Shown here: positions 54,724 through 64,000 of the stretch, piece after piece
How the letters are laid out: each line of letters opens with the position of its first letter
Position numbering within the stretch: position 1 is the first letter of the stretch
Source of the DNA: an uncultured bacterium
GTDB taxonomy: Bacteria; Verrucomicrobiota; Verrucomicrobiia; Limisphaerales; UBA8199
Direction of reading: 5' to 3'
Assembly (NCBI GenBank): GCA_963749495.1
Contig: CAVVMW010000016.1
Coordinates: forward strand, 1-64,000
DNA length: 64,000 nucleotides
Notes under the pieces: model-generated
Seen by the model: only the letters and a program-made list of their open reading frames with translations
What the model was told of the DNA's origin: nothing
Database searches by the model: none
Program-made: the position numbers and the translations under genes

Positions 54724-56118
54724 ATGACCAGAGCCTTGTTCCTCGTCCTGTGGGCGCTTGCCGCCACAGATTCGTTCATCACCGCCGGGGAATCCCCGAA
54801 TGCCGCCACCACTCAGCCCTCGGGCCTGCGCGTAGCCACCTTCGATGTGGATGCGACCCCGCCGGTGGGTTCGATGCTGGCCTACGACCCGGTGACCAAC
54901 CGCTGGAACCTCGGGCTGCGCGCGCGCGGCCTGGTGTTGCTCGGGGCGGACAAGCCGATTGTGCTGTGCGCCGTGGATTGGATTGGCATCGCCAACGAAG
55001 GGCACGATGCCTTTCAGGCGGTCCTCGCGCGCGCCGCGGGCACCACGCCCGAGCGCGTGGCCGTGCACACCTTGCACCAGCACGACGCCCCCGACTGCGA
55101 TTTCTCCGCCGAACGCATGTTGAAGCAAGCCGGACTCGACGCCCGGCAATTCGAGGGCGGCTTCCAGAGGGAGGTGCTCTCGAATCTGGCGGCCATGGTC
55201 GAGGCCGCTTTGCCCCGGGCGCAACCGATCACGCACCTGGGCCTGGGTGAGGCGCGCGTGAAAAGGGTCGCCTCCAACCGCAGGATTCTCGGCCCGGACG
55301 GCAAGGTCCGCGCCACGCGCTGGACAGCCACGCGCGACGCCGCGCTGCGCGCCGAACCGGAGGGCGTGGTGGACCCGGTCCTCTCGCTGGTGAGCTTCTG
55401 GAACGGCCGCCAACCGGTGGCGGTCTTGAGCTATTACGCCACGCATCCGCAGAGCTATTACCGCACGGGCATCGCCAATCCCGACTTTCCCGGCGTGGCC
55501 CGGTTCCTGCGCGAGTTGGCGGTGCCGGGCGCGTTGCCCGTTCACTTCAATGGCGCGGGCGGAAACATCGGCGCGGGCAAATACAACGACGGCTCGCCCA
55601 CCAACCGGCTCGTGCTGGCCGAGCGTCTGGCCGACGGCATGCGCCGTGCCTGGGAGAACACGCGGCGTCAACCCATTGCGGCCGGTGACGTCGGTTGGGC
55701 CGTGGCGCGCGTGGCGCTGCCCCCCGCCAGGCACCTTTCGATTGCGGCCCTGGAAGCCCGGCTCCAGGCCAAGGACCCGGAGTTTGTCAGGCGGGGCGAT
55801 GCCAGCCGGCTGGCCTGGCTGCGCCGCTGTCGGGACGGGCGCCCGATCGAGGTCGCCTGCCTGCGCCTTGGCCGGGCGCGCATCCTGCACTTGCCGGGCG
55901 AGGCCTTCGTGGAATTCCAACTGGCCGCCAAGGCCGCCCGCCCGGATTTGTTCGTGGCAGTGGCCGCCTACGGCGATTACGCGCCCTGGTACATCGGCAC
56001 GGCCGTTGCCTACGAACAGGGCGGCTATGAAACCAGCCCCGCCTCCTCGAACGTCAGCCCCGAGGCCGAAGCGATCCTCGTGGGCGCTATCCGGGAACTC
56101 TTGCAGCCGCCGCGGTGA
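54724..56118 (+). CDS. Neutral/alkaline ceramidase-like secreted hydrolase
   Basis: [42 protein letters not shown]. Confidence 0.75.
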   Translation: MTRALFLVLWALAATDSFITAGESPNAATTQPSGLRVATFDVDATPPVGSMLAYDPVTNRWNLGLRARGLVLLGADKPIVLCAVDWIGIANEGHDAFQAVLARAAGTTPERVAVHTLHQHDAPDCDFSAERMLKQAGLDARQFEGGFQREVLSNLAAMVEAALPRAQPITHLGLGEARVKRVASNRRILGPDGKVRATRWTATRDAALRAEPEGVVDPVLSLVSFWNGRQPVAVLSYYATHPQSYYRTGIANPDFPGVARFLRELAVPGALPVHFNGAGGNIGAGKYNDGSPTNRLVLAERLADGMRRAWENTRRQPIAAGDVGWAVARVALPPARHLSIAALEARLQAKDPEFVRRGDASRLAWLRRCRDGRPIEVACLRLGRARILHLPGEAFVEFQLAAKAARPDLFVAVAAYGDYAPWYIGTAVAYEQGGYETSPASSNVSPEAEAILVGAIRELLQPPR

Positions 56119-56197
56119 AAGAGGGTCTGAAACTAACTATTCAGGTGCAGGACGGGGTTTGACGTGAATGTTCGCCCGGGGCCAACGTTCGAGCTTT

Positions 56198-56405
56198 GTC
56201 CCGGAGGGACATCCCGAGAATAGCCCGGCGCTTCAGCGCCGGGTACAACGCCCAAAAAACCCGCGTCCCGAAAGGGACGCCCGAGGCTTGGTGGCTGACG
56301 TATGACATGCGGCTGGTTCAACCGTCCCTTCGGGACGCAAGCAACACTAAACGGCTTCTCCCGGCGCTCAAGCGCCGGGCTATTATCGAGATGTCCCTTC
56401 GGGAC
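56198..56405. repeat. REP family D cluster; partial copies 21150-21190 and 28560-28615
   Basis: GTCCCGGAGGGAC...AATAGCCCGGCGCTTCAGCGCCGGG palindromes. Confidence 0.8.
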
Positions 56406-56524
56406 AACCATCGATCGCGGGCCCGGTGACATGTCGAAAGGTGTGGACGACACCGAGGCAAATGCGTGAATGCGCATCGGAATAGTGACGTCTGAACCAA
56501 CTGGGTAACTCCCTTCACGAGCCA

Positions 56525-57604
56525 TTACGGCAGCAGGACGACGCGGTAGAACCGCTGCTGATCCGAGCCGATGGTGTCGGCGGCAGACGTGACGGTGTTG
56601 GTTGCCCCAACGGGCCCGCCCAGGTTGAGCCAGCCGGGTTGGACCAGGTTGGTCTTGAACTGCAATTGATAGTTCCGCCCCGCAATCGCAGTCCAGCTCA
56701 GGTTGATCCCTCTGCCCCTGGCGCCGTCAGAGGAAGCGAGGCTCAGAGTGGGAGCCGGCCCCGGCGTCCCCACGGTGAAGGTGACCGCGGGGGAGTCGGC
56801 CTTCCAACCGGCCCCGTAAAGCACCCGGGCGAAGACCGTCTTGCTGCCGGGCGAGACGTTGGGCCAAGTGATGCCATAAGGGGCCGTGGTGGTGGAACCC
56901 AGAAGCGTCGGGCCGCTGTAGAATTGCACGGCCTTGATGATCTTCCCGTTGGAGACCACATCGGCAACGAGTGCGACGTTCGGTGCCGGAACATTCGCCC
57001 CCGCGGCGGGCGCGGCCAGCGTGCAGACCGGGGCGACGGTTTGCACGCTCTCAATGGCGTTGGTGATGGCCGTTAGGTCGTAGCCTGCGGTGCTGTAAAG
57101 CACCTCCCAGGTCTTGTGGTTGGTGGAGTTGGTCGTGCCGTTGAGCACCACGAAGTTGGGGATGCCGCCATTGTTGAATTGGTTGTAGGCGACCCAGGAG
57201 GGGTCGTCGCCGACGAGTTGCAGGCCGTAAGTGGCGATGAAATTGTTGACGGCGGCGGGGTCGGTGTCGTCGATGCTGATGCTGATCACTGTGACCGGCA
57301 CGCCGTTGAGGTTGCCGCCGCTGTTGTGGTAGTGCCGGACGATGTTGGTTTCGATGTCGGGGGAGGCAAGCTGGCACCAGTCGCACCAGTAGGCCCAGAA
57401 GTCCAGCAACACGACGTTGCCCTGGTAGGCCCGAAGGCGCAACGGTTGGCCCGTCGCGTGGTTGGCAATGGTGAAGTCGCGCGCGATGCCGCCCACAGGC
57501 GTGACTTGCGCGCGCGCTGAATAAATGCCGGCCATCGAGGCCAGGCCCACCGCGGCCACAATGGCTCGAAGGACAGCGCGGACAGATTCAATGTTGCTTT
57601 TCAT
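56525..57604 (-). CDS. Surface TlpA/redoxin protein with Ig-like domain and C-terminal FYRV motif
   Basis: LDFWAYWCDWC; V.FYSG..LG...APY...W Ig-like; QQRFYRVVL. Confidence 0.82.
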   Translation of the reverse strand: MKSNIESVRAVLRAIVAAVGLASMAGIYSARAQVTPVGGIARDFTIANHATGQPLRLRAYQGNVVLLDFWAYWCDWCQLASPDIETNIVRHYHNSGGNLNGVPVTVISISIDDTDPAAVNNFIATYGLQLVGDDPSWVAYNQFNNGGIPNFVVLNGTTNSTNHKTWEVLYSTAGYDLTAITNAIESVQTVAPVCTLAAPAAGANVPAPNVALVADVVSNGKIIKAVQFYSGPTLLGSTTTAPYGITWPNVSPGSKTVFARVLYGAGWKADSPAVTFTVGTPGPAPTLSLASSDGARGRGINLSWTAIAGRNYQLQFKTNLVQPGWLNLGGPVGATNTVTSAADTIGSDQQRFYRVVLLP

Positions 57605-57626
57605 CAGGGTTGCTCGGTTCTTGGGA

Positions 57627-59279
57627 TTAGAATTCATGCGCGAAGGCGAGTTGCGCCGAGAACCAATCCCGGTTTTGGTAAAGGTGGGCGAAAGTGAGAG
57701 CGTTGGGGGCCGGACGCTCATAGCGGGTGAAATACGGGCCAAAGACGAGTTTCACGGAAGACTTCAAGCCCTGCCAGCGAAGGCCCAAACCCAGGTCGAC
57801 TGTTTCCAATGGGGGCGCGGCGGTGTTCAAGGCCAGGAGCGCGTTTTCGACCTGGCCGGTATCCTTGTAGTAGCGCGCCTGCGCGCTGGCGAACCAGGTC
57901 CCTCTCCAGTCACGCTCGAGCACCACACCGCCGGACCAGGAGTCGAAGCGCGGGGCTTCGTGCGTGCCGGCAAGGACTAAGCGGCTGACCCAGTGCTCGC
58001 CCAGGGCGGCGTTGAGCGAGGATTGGCCCGCCAGGCGCAACTGGCGGTCGGTCGTGTCGATAAACTGCAGCTCCTGCAAGGCGCGCAGCCGCCTCGAAAG
58101 CACGTTCTCCAGCGTCAACCGGCCGCCCAGCGTATCGTAATCCTCGCGAAAGCGAATCAATCGCGGAGGGGGAGAGGCGAGGCTGACGTCGTAGGCCGGG
58201 GCGATGAGATCGTGTTGGAAGGCGAGGTCGCCCTGCAGGAAACCCGCTGAGGGCAGGTACTCCCACCTCAGCCCGCCGGAACCGTTGCACCCCCAAGGGT
58301 GAGCCGTGTCATAGCCTGGGCGGTTTCCAAAGACCTGGCGGAAGTGTTCGTTCAGCCAAAGCGAATGGTAATCCATGTACCCGTAATACCCGCCGCCGCT
58401 GGCCCTCAATTCGAGCCGGTCCTGAGCGCGCAAGCGACCCCGTGCCTGCAATCCGTAGTGGTCCTCCTCGAGACGTCTTTCCTTCTCCAGCGGCTCCTCC
58501 GGTTGGTAGCGCAACTCGATGTGCCCGTGCGAAAGGGCCAGGGCCAGTTCCGAGCCGGGCCGCGTCTGGCGGTATTCCGCCGTCTCGTCGGTGAGCATGA
58601 TGTCCGAGGCAATCAACGCCGCCGTATCCAAACCGGCTTGGCGGACCAATCCGCCGCTGCGTGACAGCACTGGCGGCGGCTGGTCTGAATGCGGTTTGCC
58701 CTCAGGCGCGGTCTGCCCGGCCATGCCTGGGACGCCATCGATGACTCGCCGCAGCCCGGCCAATCCCTCGAAACCGGCCTGGCGATAGATCACTCGGGCT
58801 TGCCCCGTGCCATCGGCGCCGCCTGTAGCGTCGATGATGACGAGGTAGGGCATTCCGTCGCCTCGGTAACTCCTGAACGCCTCGCCATCCAAATCGTCCA
58901 ACACCTGCTCCAATCCCGCCCGCCGGATGAAGGCCTCGGTCCTTTCCGGCTGCGCCGCCTCGAGGTTCACCGCAAAGACCTCGACGGGAATCCCATGGGC
59001 GTTGCCCTTGCGCTCCCGGTAATACTGCTCGATGCCGCCCCGCACCTCGGCCGAGCAACGGGCGCACGGCGCGCACCAATGGGCGAAGAAGTCCAGCACC
59101 ACGACCCGGCCCCGCAAGTCCGCCAGCCCAACCTTCTCCCCCGTCCCATGCCGGGGCAGGCTGAAGGGCGGGGCCGGCTCGCCCTTTCGCGCAATTCCGG
59201 GCTGCCCGGATGACAGGGACCAAGCCAGCAAACCCGTGGCATAGAGCCCCGCCAGCCGCATGAAACACGCACAGTTCAT
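57627..59279 (-). CDS. TlpA/redoxin domain fused to a DUF3570-like outer-membrane barrel
   Basis: LDFFAHWCAPC; C-terminal beta-barrel ending AHEF; RYYKDT motif; ATGA-coupled to DUF4266 gene. Confidence 0.72.
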   Translation of the reverse strand: MNCACFMRLAGLYATGLLAWSLSSGQPGIARKGEPAPPFSLPRHGTGEKVGLADLRGRVVVLDFFAHWCAPCARCSAEVRGGIEQYYRERKGNAHGIPVEVFAVNLEAAQPERTEAFIRRAGLEQVLDDLDGEAFRSYRGDGMPYLVIIDATGGADGTGQARVIYRQAGFEGLAGLRRVIDGVPGMAGQTAPEGKPHSDQPPPVLSRSGGLVRQAGLDTAALIASDIMLTDETAEYRQTRPGSELALALSHGHIELRYQPEEPLEKERRLEEDHYGLQARGRLRAQDRLELRASGGGYYGYMDYHSLWLNEHFRQVFGNRPGYDTAHPWGCNGSGGLRWEYLPSAGFLQGDLAFQHDLIAPAYDVSLASPPPRLIRFREDYDTLGGRLTLENVLSRRLRALQELQFIDTTDRQLRLAGQSSLNAALGEHWVSRLVLAGTHEAPRFDSWSGGVVLERDWRGTWFASAQARYYKDTGQVENALLALNTAAPPLETVDLGLGLRWQGLKSSVKLVFGPYFTRYERPAPNALTFAHLYQNRDWFSAQLAFAHEF

Positions 59280-59629
59280 TTGCAGGAGGCGCAACCACTG
59301 GACTGTGCTCCCCCGAAGATGGCAGAACCCGGTTCCACCTGCGGCCTCAACTTGTGCTGATAACCGAACACAAGCGAATCCGAGAACTCCATGTTCGGTT
59401 TGGAAACCAGCCGCTGCTGCTGCGGGCCGACCTGGGCGCAACCGGCAAGCAGCAGCGCCGCCGCCAGAGCAACCGCTGACGCCAGCCATGACGCTTCCCT
59501 GCGCCGACACCGCCCCCCCGCGTGAGCAGTTGCCTCGACAGCAGACGCCGGTTGGAGAGGATTCAGGCGTGGGCCGTTCGGTTTCGCTCGGGTGGCTGTT
59601 TGCACGGGTTTGAGTCTTGCGCGAGGCAT
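59276..59629 (-). CDS. DUF4266-like lipoprotein (start uncertain)
   Basis: LLAGCAQVGPQQQRLVSKPNM...GGAQSSGCASCK. Confidence 0.75.
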   Translation of the reverse strand: MPRARLKPVQTATRAKPNGPRLNPLQPASAVEATAHAGGRCRRREASWLASAVALAAALLLAGCAQVGPQQQRLVSKPNMEFSDSLVFGYQHKLRPQVEPGSAIFGGAQSSGCASCK

Positions 59630-59817
59630 CCGCCTGGGGTGGCTACGGCACAGGGAGAACGCGAACTGCCGCCAAACCCAACGTGGCTCGCCAACAGTTG
59701 CCAGAGTTCTTCATTTCCCGGTCCTCAGTCCCTGCCCGGTGCCCGGAGGTCACGACCCGTCCAGAGCACAGACCCGTCGCGCGATTGAGGCACGATGTGA
59801 TCTGCCGAACGCTGCTG

Positions 59818-59845
59818 ATTCTATGGACCGGGTTGCTCATGTCAA
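59818..59845 (-). promoter_or_regulatory. Sigma70-like promoter for the DUF4266 operon
   Basis: TTGACA-N16-TAGAAT on the minus strand. Confidence 0.55.
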
Positions 59846-59993
59846 GCTAAACCGCCAAACCCGGGCCGCTTCTCCATTGACGGGTCGGGGCGGTTCTGCC
59901 AGTGTCCTGCTCCATGAACCAGGCAACGAAAACGGCGGCCGAGAGTGGTTTGGCCGCGGTGATACGGGTCTGAGTCACATCCGGAGACAGCTT

Positions 59994-61214
59994 ATGTCAA
60001 ATCGTCGAACGTTCCTGCAGCAAGCCATTGGGAGCGCCGCCTGGGTGGCGGCTGCCGGGCTCACCTCGCCCTCGCGCGTCCTGGGCGCCAATGACCGCAT
60101 CCGCATCGGCCTGATCGGGGCCGGCGACCGGGGGCGGGAAATTTTCCGGGCGGCTTTGCGCTGCCCCGGGGTCGAGGCCGTCGGAGCGGCCGATGTCTAT
60201 ACGCGGCGCCTGGACCAGGCCAAGGCCCTGGCCCCGGCAATCAAGACCTACCGTGATTTCCGGTTGATGCTCGAGGACAAGTCGCTGGACGCCGTCCTCA
60301 TCGCCACGCCCCAACACCAGCACGCCCTGAGCTTCGTCCCGGCCATCCAGGCGGGCAAAGACGTTTACCAGGAAAAGACCATGGCCTTCACTCCCGCCCA
60401 CGCCCGGCGGATGCGCCAGGCGGTGGCCGGCTCGGGCCGCGTGGTCCAAGTGGGCATGCAGATGAACAGCGGCCCGGGCATTGGCAAGGTCCAGGAAGCG
60501 GCAACGCCCGAGCGCATGGGAACGATCACCGCCGTCCTGGCCCACCACTACCGCAACTCCCCTTACGGTGGCTGGCTCAGGGAGGCCCCCTCGGACTGCG
60601 ATGCCGAGCACATCAATTGGCCCGCCTTCGAAGGCGAGTCCGCGCACCATCCCTTCGACCCGCAGCGCTACATGAACTGGCGCTTTTATTGGGACTACTC
60701 GGGCGGCAACGTCTTCGAGAACATGGTGCACCAAGTCGGCTTCTGGTTCCAAGTGCTGGGCCTGAGCATCCCCGAGACCGTCACCATGGCCGGCGCCAAT
60801 TACCATTCGCCAAAGATGGAAGTCCCGGACACCATGACCGTCACGATGAATCACCGGGAGAAGGTCCTCTTCACCTGGAATTCCATGTTTTCCAACGCCT
60901 ACTTTGGCGAAGGCAAGGACTACCTCTTCGGCACCAAGGGCACGCTCACCCACGATGAGTCCGACCAGGTCCTTTACCTGCCCCAAGGCCGGCCTGCGGC
61001 GGCGGCGGCCCCGCAGGGCGAGAACCGCTCAGGCTACCGCGATTCCACGGGCCAGCACATGCAGAACTTCTTCGACTGCGTGCGCTCCCGCAAGGACCCC
61101 ATCTGCCCCTTCGATCTGGGCTTCCGCGCCGCCATCGCCTGCCAGATGGCCATCGCCTCCTACCGCCAGCAGCGCACCGTCCGCTGGGACCCCCAGACCG
61201 AAGAGATTCTCTGA
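59994..61214 (+). CDS. Gfo/Idh/MocA oxidoreductase, Tat-exported
   Basis: NRRTFL, GANDRIRIGLIGAG.RG, EK, WRFYWDYSGG. Confidence 0.9.
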   Translation: MSNRRTFLQQAIGSAAWVAAAGLTSPSRVLGANDRIRIGLIGAGDRGREIFRAALRCPGVEAVGAADVYTRRLDQAKALAPAIKTYRDFRLMLEDKSLDAVLIATPQHQHALSFVPAIQAGKDVYQEKTMAFTPAHARRMRQAVAGSGRVVQVGMQMNSGPGIGKVQEAATPERMGTITAVLAHHYRNSPYGGWLREAPSDCDAEHINWPAFEGESAHHPFDPQRYMNWRFYWDYSGGNVFENMVHQVGFWFQVLGLSIPETVTMAGANYHSPKMEVPDTMTVTMNHREKVLFTWNSMFSNAYFGEGKDYLFGTKGTLTHDESDQVLYLPQGRPAAAAAPQGENRSGYRDSTGQHMQNFFDCVRSRKDPICPFDLGFRAAIACQMAIASYRQQRTVRWDPQTEEIL

Positions 61215-61234
61215 TTTAACGTTCCTGCTGTCGC

Positions 61235-62449
61235 GTGGACCTGAAATTGACATTCATAGACCTGTTCGCTGGAGCAGGGGGATTGAGCCTGGGATTCCTG
61301 CGCGCCGGTTTCGTCCCGCTTGCCGCACTCGACCACTGGGAGCCGGCGGTGCAGAGCTACCGTGCCAATCTCGGTGACCACGTCCATAGAGTGTCTATCA
61401 ACGGGGAAATCAACGTTCCTTGCCCCACCGTTGTGGTGGGCGGACCTCCTTGCCAGGGCTTCTCGTCCGCCGGAATGCGCCGGCCAGGCGACGCCCGCAA
61501 TACCCTCGTCGGGGAATTCAGCCGGTTAGTCGCCCGCCTGAAACCTGAGGCATTCGTCTTTGAAAACGTCGAAGGATTCTTGACCAGTGCCGACGGGCTG
61601 TTCGTGTTTGAACTGCTGGAGCCGCTCGTCGAAGCCGGTTACCGGTTGCACCTCCGCAAGGTTAATGCCGCGAACTACGGGGTGCCGCAACACCGCAAGC
61701 GCGTCGTCGCCATCGGAGGGCTTGGCTGGGATCCAGCCTTTCCCGAGCCGACCCACGCGGCATTCGGTGCGCCCGGCGCCCACCGCGCAAATGGGCGAAC
61801 GCTAATCCGGACGCCGACCCTGCGAGATGCCCTCACTTCCCTTCCGCCAGCTTCTGAGGCCCCCGTTCCTGGTGTGCCGGATCACACGTTCCACCGTTTG
61901 GCGGGCGACGATCTGAAGCGCGCCCAACTACTCCTTCCAGGGCAGTGGATGCGGGATCTCCCCGAAGAGTTGTGGCACCAGAGCTACAAACGGCGGGCCT
62001 TTCGCCGCGTCATGGACGGCACGCCGACGGAGAAGCGCGGGGGCGCGCCCGCAGGCATCCGCCGGCTGCGCGGTGATGAACCTTCGAAGGCAATCACCGG
62101 CGGCGCGCTGCGCGATTTCCTGCACCCAGTCGAGGACCGCCCTCTCACGATCCGTGAGTGTGCCACGCTCCAAACGTTCCCGTTGGATTTCCGGTTCTGC
62201 GGCAACGAAAGTGAGAAGATTCAACTGATCGGCAATGCTGTGCCACCCCTGCTGGCTGAGGTGATCGCACGCTCGCTCAAGCGAGACCTGGTCAACGCCC
62301 AGGCAGAAAAGCTGCAGGGCGCGCTGTTGAGCTTTAGGCCGACCTGTGCGTCCGGAATGAGTCCCGCCCTGGGACGAGTAGCGAGGCAAGTCGAAGAGCG
62401 CTTCGGCAGCTTGTCAGGACAGCAATCGCTGGACTTCGCATGGCGCTGA
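61235..62449 (+). CDS. dcm: DNA cytosine-5 methyltransferase
   Basis: DLFAGAGG, GGPPCQGFS, ENV, QHRKR, LTIRECATLQTFP, IGNAVPP. Confidence 0.95.
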   Translation: MDLKLTFIDLFAGAGGLSLGFLRAGFVPLAALDHWEPAVQSYRANLGDHVHRVSINGEINVPCPTVVVGGPPCQGFSSAGMRRPGDARNTLVGEFSRLVARLKPEAFVFENVEGFLTSADGLFVFELLEPLVEAGYRLHLRKVNAANYGVPQHRKRVVAIGGLGWDPAFPEPTHAAFGAPGAHRANGRTLIRTPTLRDALTSLPPASEAPVPGVPDHTFHRLAGDDLKRAQLLLPGQWMRDLPEELWHQSYKRRAFRRVMDGTPTEKRGGAPAGIRRLRGDEPSKAITGGALRDFLHPVEDRPLTIRECATLQTFPLDFRFCGNESEKIQLIGNAVPPLLAEVIARSLKRDLVNAQAEKLQGALLSFRPTCASGMSPALGRVARQVEERFGSLSGQQSLDFAWR

Positions 62450-62794
62450 CGAAATCACAGGCCTCGATTTGGCAAAAAGCAACGGCCCTTGGGGCCGGCG
62501 ATCAAGCCGTGGCGCTATCAGATCTCGGCGAGAACGCATGGGCTCATCTCGAAGGGTCTGGCGGGGAGGACCATGAGCGTTTTCCTGCGGGACTACGTCC
62601 GCGGTCCCATCCAAGATCTGCTCGCCCACGGAGACGAACCCCTCCTGGAGTTTAGAGCGAGATTCCAACCAGAAGCAATTCAGCTCGCACTCGGGGAGGA
62701 GGTCCTGAGCATCCCTCGCGTTGCACCTGCTCCGGCTGATGACGCTGAAGACGCCATGCCGCAGGACGCCGACAATTCGATCCCGGGGGTGTGA
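62440..62794 (+). CDS. Hypothetical protein between dcm and vsr (probable frameshift near 62480)
   Basis: MALTKSQASIWQKA then IKPWRYQISART...LLEFRARF; overlaps both neighbours. Confidence 0.55.
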
Positions 62795-63555
62795 AGTCAA
62801 TTCGTTCAAGAGCGCCGGCGGCGTCCTCGCCCGCCGTGCGCCGAGTCATGCAGGCCAACCGGTCCTTCGACACGGGTTTGGAGGTCCTCCTGCGGAGGGC
62901 CCTCTACCGGCGCGGGCTCCGCTACCGCAAGCACAGTAACGTTGATAGAGCGGTGAGGTGCAGGGCAGACGTGGTTTTCCGGCGTGCCCGCGTCTGCGTC
63001 TTCGTCAATGGCTGCTTTTGGCATGGCTGTCCCAAACACTTCCGCGCCCCCGAGGCCAACCGCGCCTGGTGGAAGGAGAAGATCTCCGACAACCGGGCCC
63101 GAGATCGCCGCAAAACTGGTGCTCTGCGACGTCGTGGCTGGCGGGTGATCCGCGTTTGGGAGCACGATGTGTCCCGCCGTGATTTCCGGCGCGTGCTGGA
63201 GCGAATCGAACGGGCGGTCAGGGGGACTTGTGAGAGCCCGTCAGCCGGCGCACCGGGCAACCGTTTTCACCGGCAATCCTTCCCGGCCCGCGAGCACGAA
63301 GCGCGCTCGCGCCAGGAACCAGCAGGCTCGATTAGGCCAACGATGCCCACCCACGCCGATCCCGGAGCCGGGAAAAGGGTCGCCTCGCAAATCGCGGTTA
63401 CCCCCAGATCTGACGGTCCAGGGAACGGTATCTCGCGCGGCGAACACCTCGACTCCACGGACATCTTCCCATCGGGAGGGTGCAACGTTGCCTTTTTGCG
63501 ATCGGGTTTTGATCGTCTGCCGGGCCAAATACCTGCCCTCCCTCACCCACGATGA
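62791..63555 (+). CDS. vsr: Very short patch repair endonuclease (homology ends near 63220)
   Basis: M.ANRS.DT..E..LRRAL, RADVVF, FVNGCFWHGC, KI..N.ARD, GWRVIRVWEH. Confidence 0.9.
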   Translation: MKSIRSRAPAASSPAVRRVMQANRSFDTGLEVLLRRALYRRGLRYRKHSNVDRAVRCRADVVFRRARVCVFVNGCFWHGCPKHFRAPEANRAWWKEKISDNRARDRRKTGALRRRGWRVIRVWEHDVSRRDFRRVLERIERAVRGTCESPSAGAPGNRFHRQSFPAREHEARSRQEPAGSIRPTMPTHADPGAGKRVASQIAVTPRSDGPGNGISRGEHLDSTDIFPSGGCNVAFLRSGFDRLPGQIPALPHPR

Positions 63556-63811
63556 GTCCGACCAGGTCCTTTACCTGCCCCAAGGCCGGCCTGCGGCGGC
63601 GGCGCCCCCGCAGGGCGAGAACCGCTCAGGCTACCGCGATTCCACGGGCCAGCACATGCAGAACTTCTTCGATTGCGTGCGCTCCCGCAAGGACCCCATC
63701 TGCCCCTTCGATCTGGGTTTCCGCGCCGCCATCGCCTGCCAGATGGCCATCGCCTCCTACCGCCAGCAGCGCACCGTCCGCTGGGACCCCCAGACCGAAG
63801 AGATCGTCTAA
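63542..63811 (+). pseudogene. Direct duplicate of oxidoreductase 3' end (63542-63804 matches 60945-61207)
   Basis: 263 bp with 3 visible mismatches; ends EEIV* versus EEIL*. Confidence 0.93.
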
Positions 63812-64000
63812 CTAGCGAGACGGAGGGAACGGCGCATTCGGGTCAAAGATATTCGTCGGCGCATTACGACGCAGTTCGACGTGGGTATCAAGGAATACAA
63901 GGTTCGCGCGGCCGAGTTTGGGTTTCCGGCCCGGCACGCCGCCCTCGACGGTGACATTTGAAAAGACGCTGTGTTCGTTGCCCCCGGAGTGGCGGTAGCA

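Noticed and set aside
59640..59812. Cobalamin riboswitch (GGGAA, ACTGT, GCCAC words on the minus strand)
   Set aside because: Spacing and the B12-box do not fit; no B12-related gene downstream
63220..63555. Genuine long C-terminal domain on Vsr
   Set aside because: Low-complexity read-through with no motif; more likely a lost stop codon or junction sequence

Overview
High-GC bacterial DNA, most likely Verrucomicrobia/Planctomycetes-like (inferred from gene content, C-terminal FYRV sorting-like motifs and repeat style). Housekeeping genes (mtnP, korAB, xylA, galE, guaB, exbBD, uvrB, folP-cdaA-cdaR) are interleaved with secreted or carbohydrate-related genes, many palindromic and tandem repeat families, and several accessory insertions. 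The most striking object is a 2.9-kb large-serine-recombinase element (34-2972) inserted at a CC core inside a REP-like palindrome. Rejoining its ends in silico rebuilds an attP-like inverted repeat and puts an ATG from one end in frame with the DUF5372-like gene at the other end. Three accessory islets are each bracketed by a direct duplication of a host gene end (galE 5', guaB 5', oxidoreductase 3'). They carry unknown genes, a pentapeptide-TIR gene and a Dcm+Vsr module. About ten single-base frameshifts, some in conserved genes, are probably assembly errors. No rRNA, tRNA or CRISPR array was seen. Family names come from motif recognition and need HMM confirmation.
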